Source: Macrostomum lignano
Lineage: Eukaryota
NCBI GenBank assembly: GCA_002269645.1
Contig: NIVC01003355.1
Coordinates: 1 to 64,000 of the forward strand
Reading direction: 5' to 3'
Length of the DNA stretch: 64,000 nt
Below the pieces are notes generated by a model that saw only the letters and a list, made by a program, of their open reading frames with translations, was not told where the DNA came from and searched no databases. Of the stretch, positions 62,716 to 64,000 are shown piece by piece. Both the position numbers and the translations under genes were made by a program. Each line of letters begins with the position of its first letter. The first letter of the stretch is position 1.

Positions 62716-63204
62716 TTGTCTCTAATAGTAATATTAGAGATGACAATAATAACCAAGATAATAAGTAATAAAAAAGCATTTGTGTCTCGACTGCTATTTT
62801 TCGGTGATTTTTTCTTCACTCTGTGTTGTTGCGCGCGTGTGAAACTATCCAAACTTTGTATTAACTTAGCAAGCGTTTTTAACAATTTAGATACAATTTA
62901 CAAAGTTTTCCTGATTACTACTACTGATACTTGTTAATAGCATACTATCACTGGCCAGTTTTTCTTTTATTATTTTTATCTGAGCTCATCAAACTGAAAA
63001 ATAGTTAAAAACGAACAAAATAAAACGCAAGCAATTATTATAGTATTTTGCTTTTTTTTCTATTCAGCATTATTGTATGCGTGCGCGTTTGCATAGACAA
63101 TTGTTACTACTGCAAGTAGCTTTTTGGTTAACTTACTTTTTCTTGTTTTATTAGTAAGAAACTTGCTGACTAAACTGAATATCTCCAATCTAACAGGCAT
63201 ATAG

Positions 63205-63360
63205 CTCCTGTCTAACAGACACAGCTCCTGTCTAACAGACACAGCTCTTGTCTAGCAGGTACAGCTCCTGTCTAACAGGTACAGCTCCTGTCTAACAGAC
63301 ACAGCTCTTGTATAGCAGGTACAGCTCCTGTCTGACAGGTACAGCTCCTGTCTAACAGGC
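63205..63360. repeat. 20-bp minisatellite (ACAGCTCCTGTCTAACAGGT)n
   Basis: ~8 units. Confidence 0.9.
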
Positions 63361-64000
63361 AAAAGAAAAGCTAGCTGCACCTTCTACTTTAATTTTTCGA
63401 AAAATCTTTCACAGATTATGCATTGTTCAGCGTTGACCCGATAAATCCAAACAAAATTTCCTGGGAATAGATTTAGTATTATTTTATCTTAGCGTGTCTG
63501 CAGGCTATCTAAGCTTCCGATCTTGGGTAGAGAGTGCAGAAAAATGGCTTTTAGAAAAGATTCCGAAATTCATAGACGACCAAATCGTATTTCTAGACAG
63601 AAAATGTTCGATGAAAAAATTTTTTACGAAACCAAATTTTTTATGAAAAGTACAACCAGGTGCTGATGATGGGTTCGGCTTTCGGCCTCCTCGACTAGTT
63701 TGGGGTGCATATTTCTCTTGGGATTAGGTATAGCTACGCCAAAAAGGCAGCCACTCTCTTGCTTGCTTGAGGTTCTATCAAGTGGTTTCTTCAGGTACGG
63801 TTAATCTTTTACCTGCCCGTTGCAGCCTGTGTGCTTTGCGTACCTTGTCTTGTGCTGTCTTGTCTTGTATCAGTTTGATTGACGTGCTGAAAATAGAGTA
63901 AAACAGGTCCGCCAATATGGCCCCATGTGTTTCTTGCATCAGCGGAAAAGTTAGATATGAGAGGTGGCCATGCAATGGGAAAACTGCTTGCTGAGTCAAG

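Overview
Eukaryotic (metazoan) genomic DNA, not prokaryotic. Spliced GT-AG genes, polyQ/polyG tracts, introns filled with minisatellites and the retroelement content suggest a free-living flatworm such as Macrostomum lignano (inference only). I reconstructed seven spliced gene models by hand, checking splice phase at each junction. Minus strand: two tandem SSUH2-like paralogs (2159-4509, with two apparent 1-nt deletions; 6212-9903, intact) and CHMP2A (17586-19440). Plus strand: an N4BP1/KHNYN-like KH + NYN/PIN RNase (27253-33512), a CREBL2/REPTOR-BP-like bZIP (45902-48032), TMEM222 (53155-57599) and a multi-zinc-finger protein with a PHRF1/SCAF11-type RING (58469-61375). Mobile elements: an apparently full-length APE-RT-RNase H LINE (11197-17064) nested in a decayed RTE-like LINE with an 8-bp TSD, three tRNA-derived CORE-SINE copies, a layered nest (Gypsy pol, LTR-like fragment, retroposon with 24-bp TSD) at 49.4-52.2 kb, a mariner/maT-like fossil and three foldback MITE-like elements. 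There are more than 20 distinct tandem arrays. Most long ORFs in the supplied track are artefacts of these arrays or antisense shadows. No CRISPR array, rRNA or intact tRNA was found.
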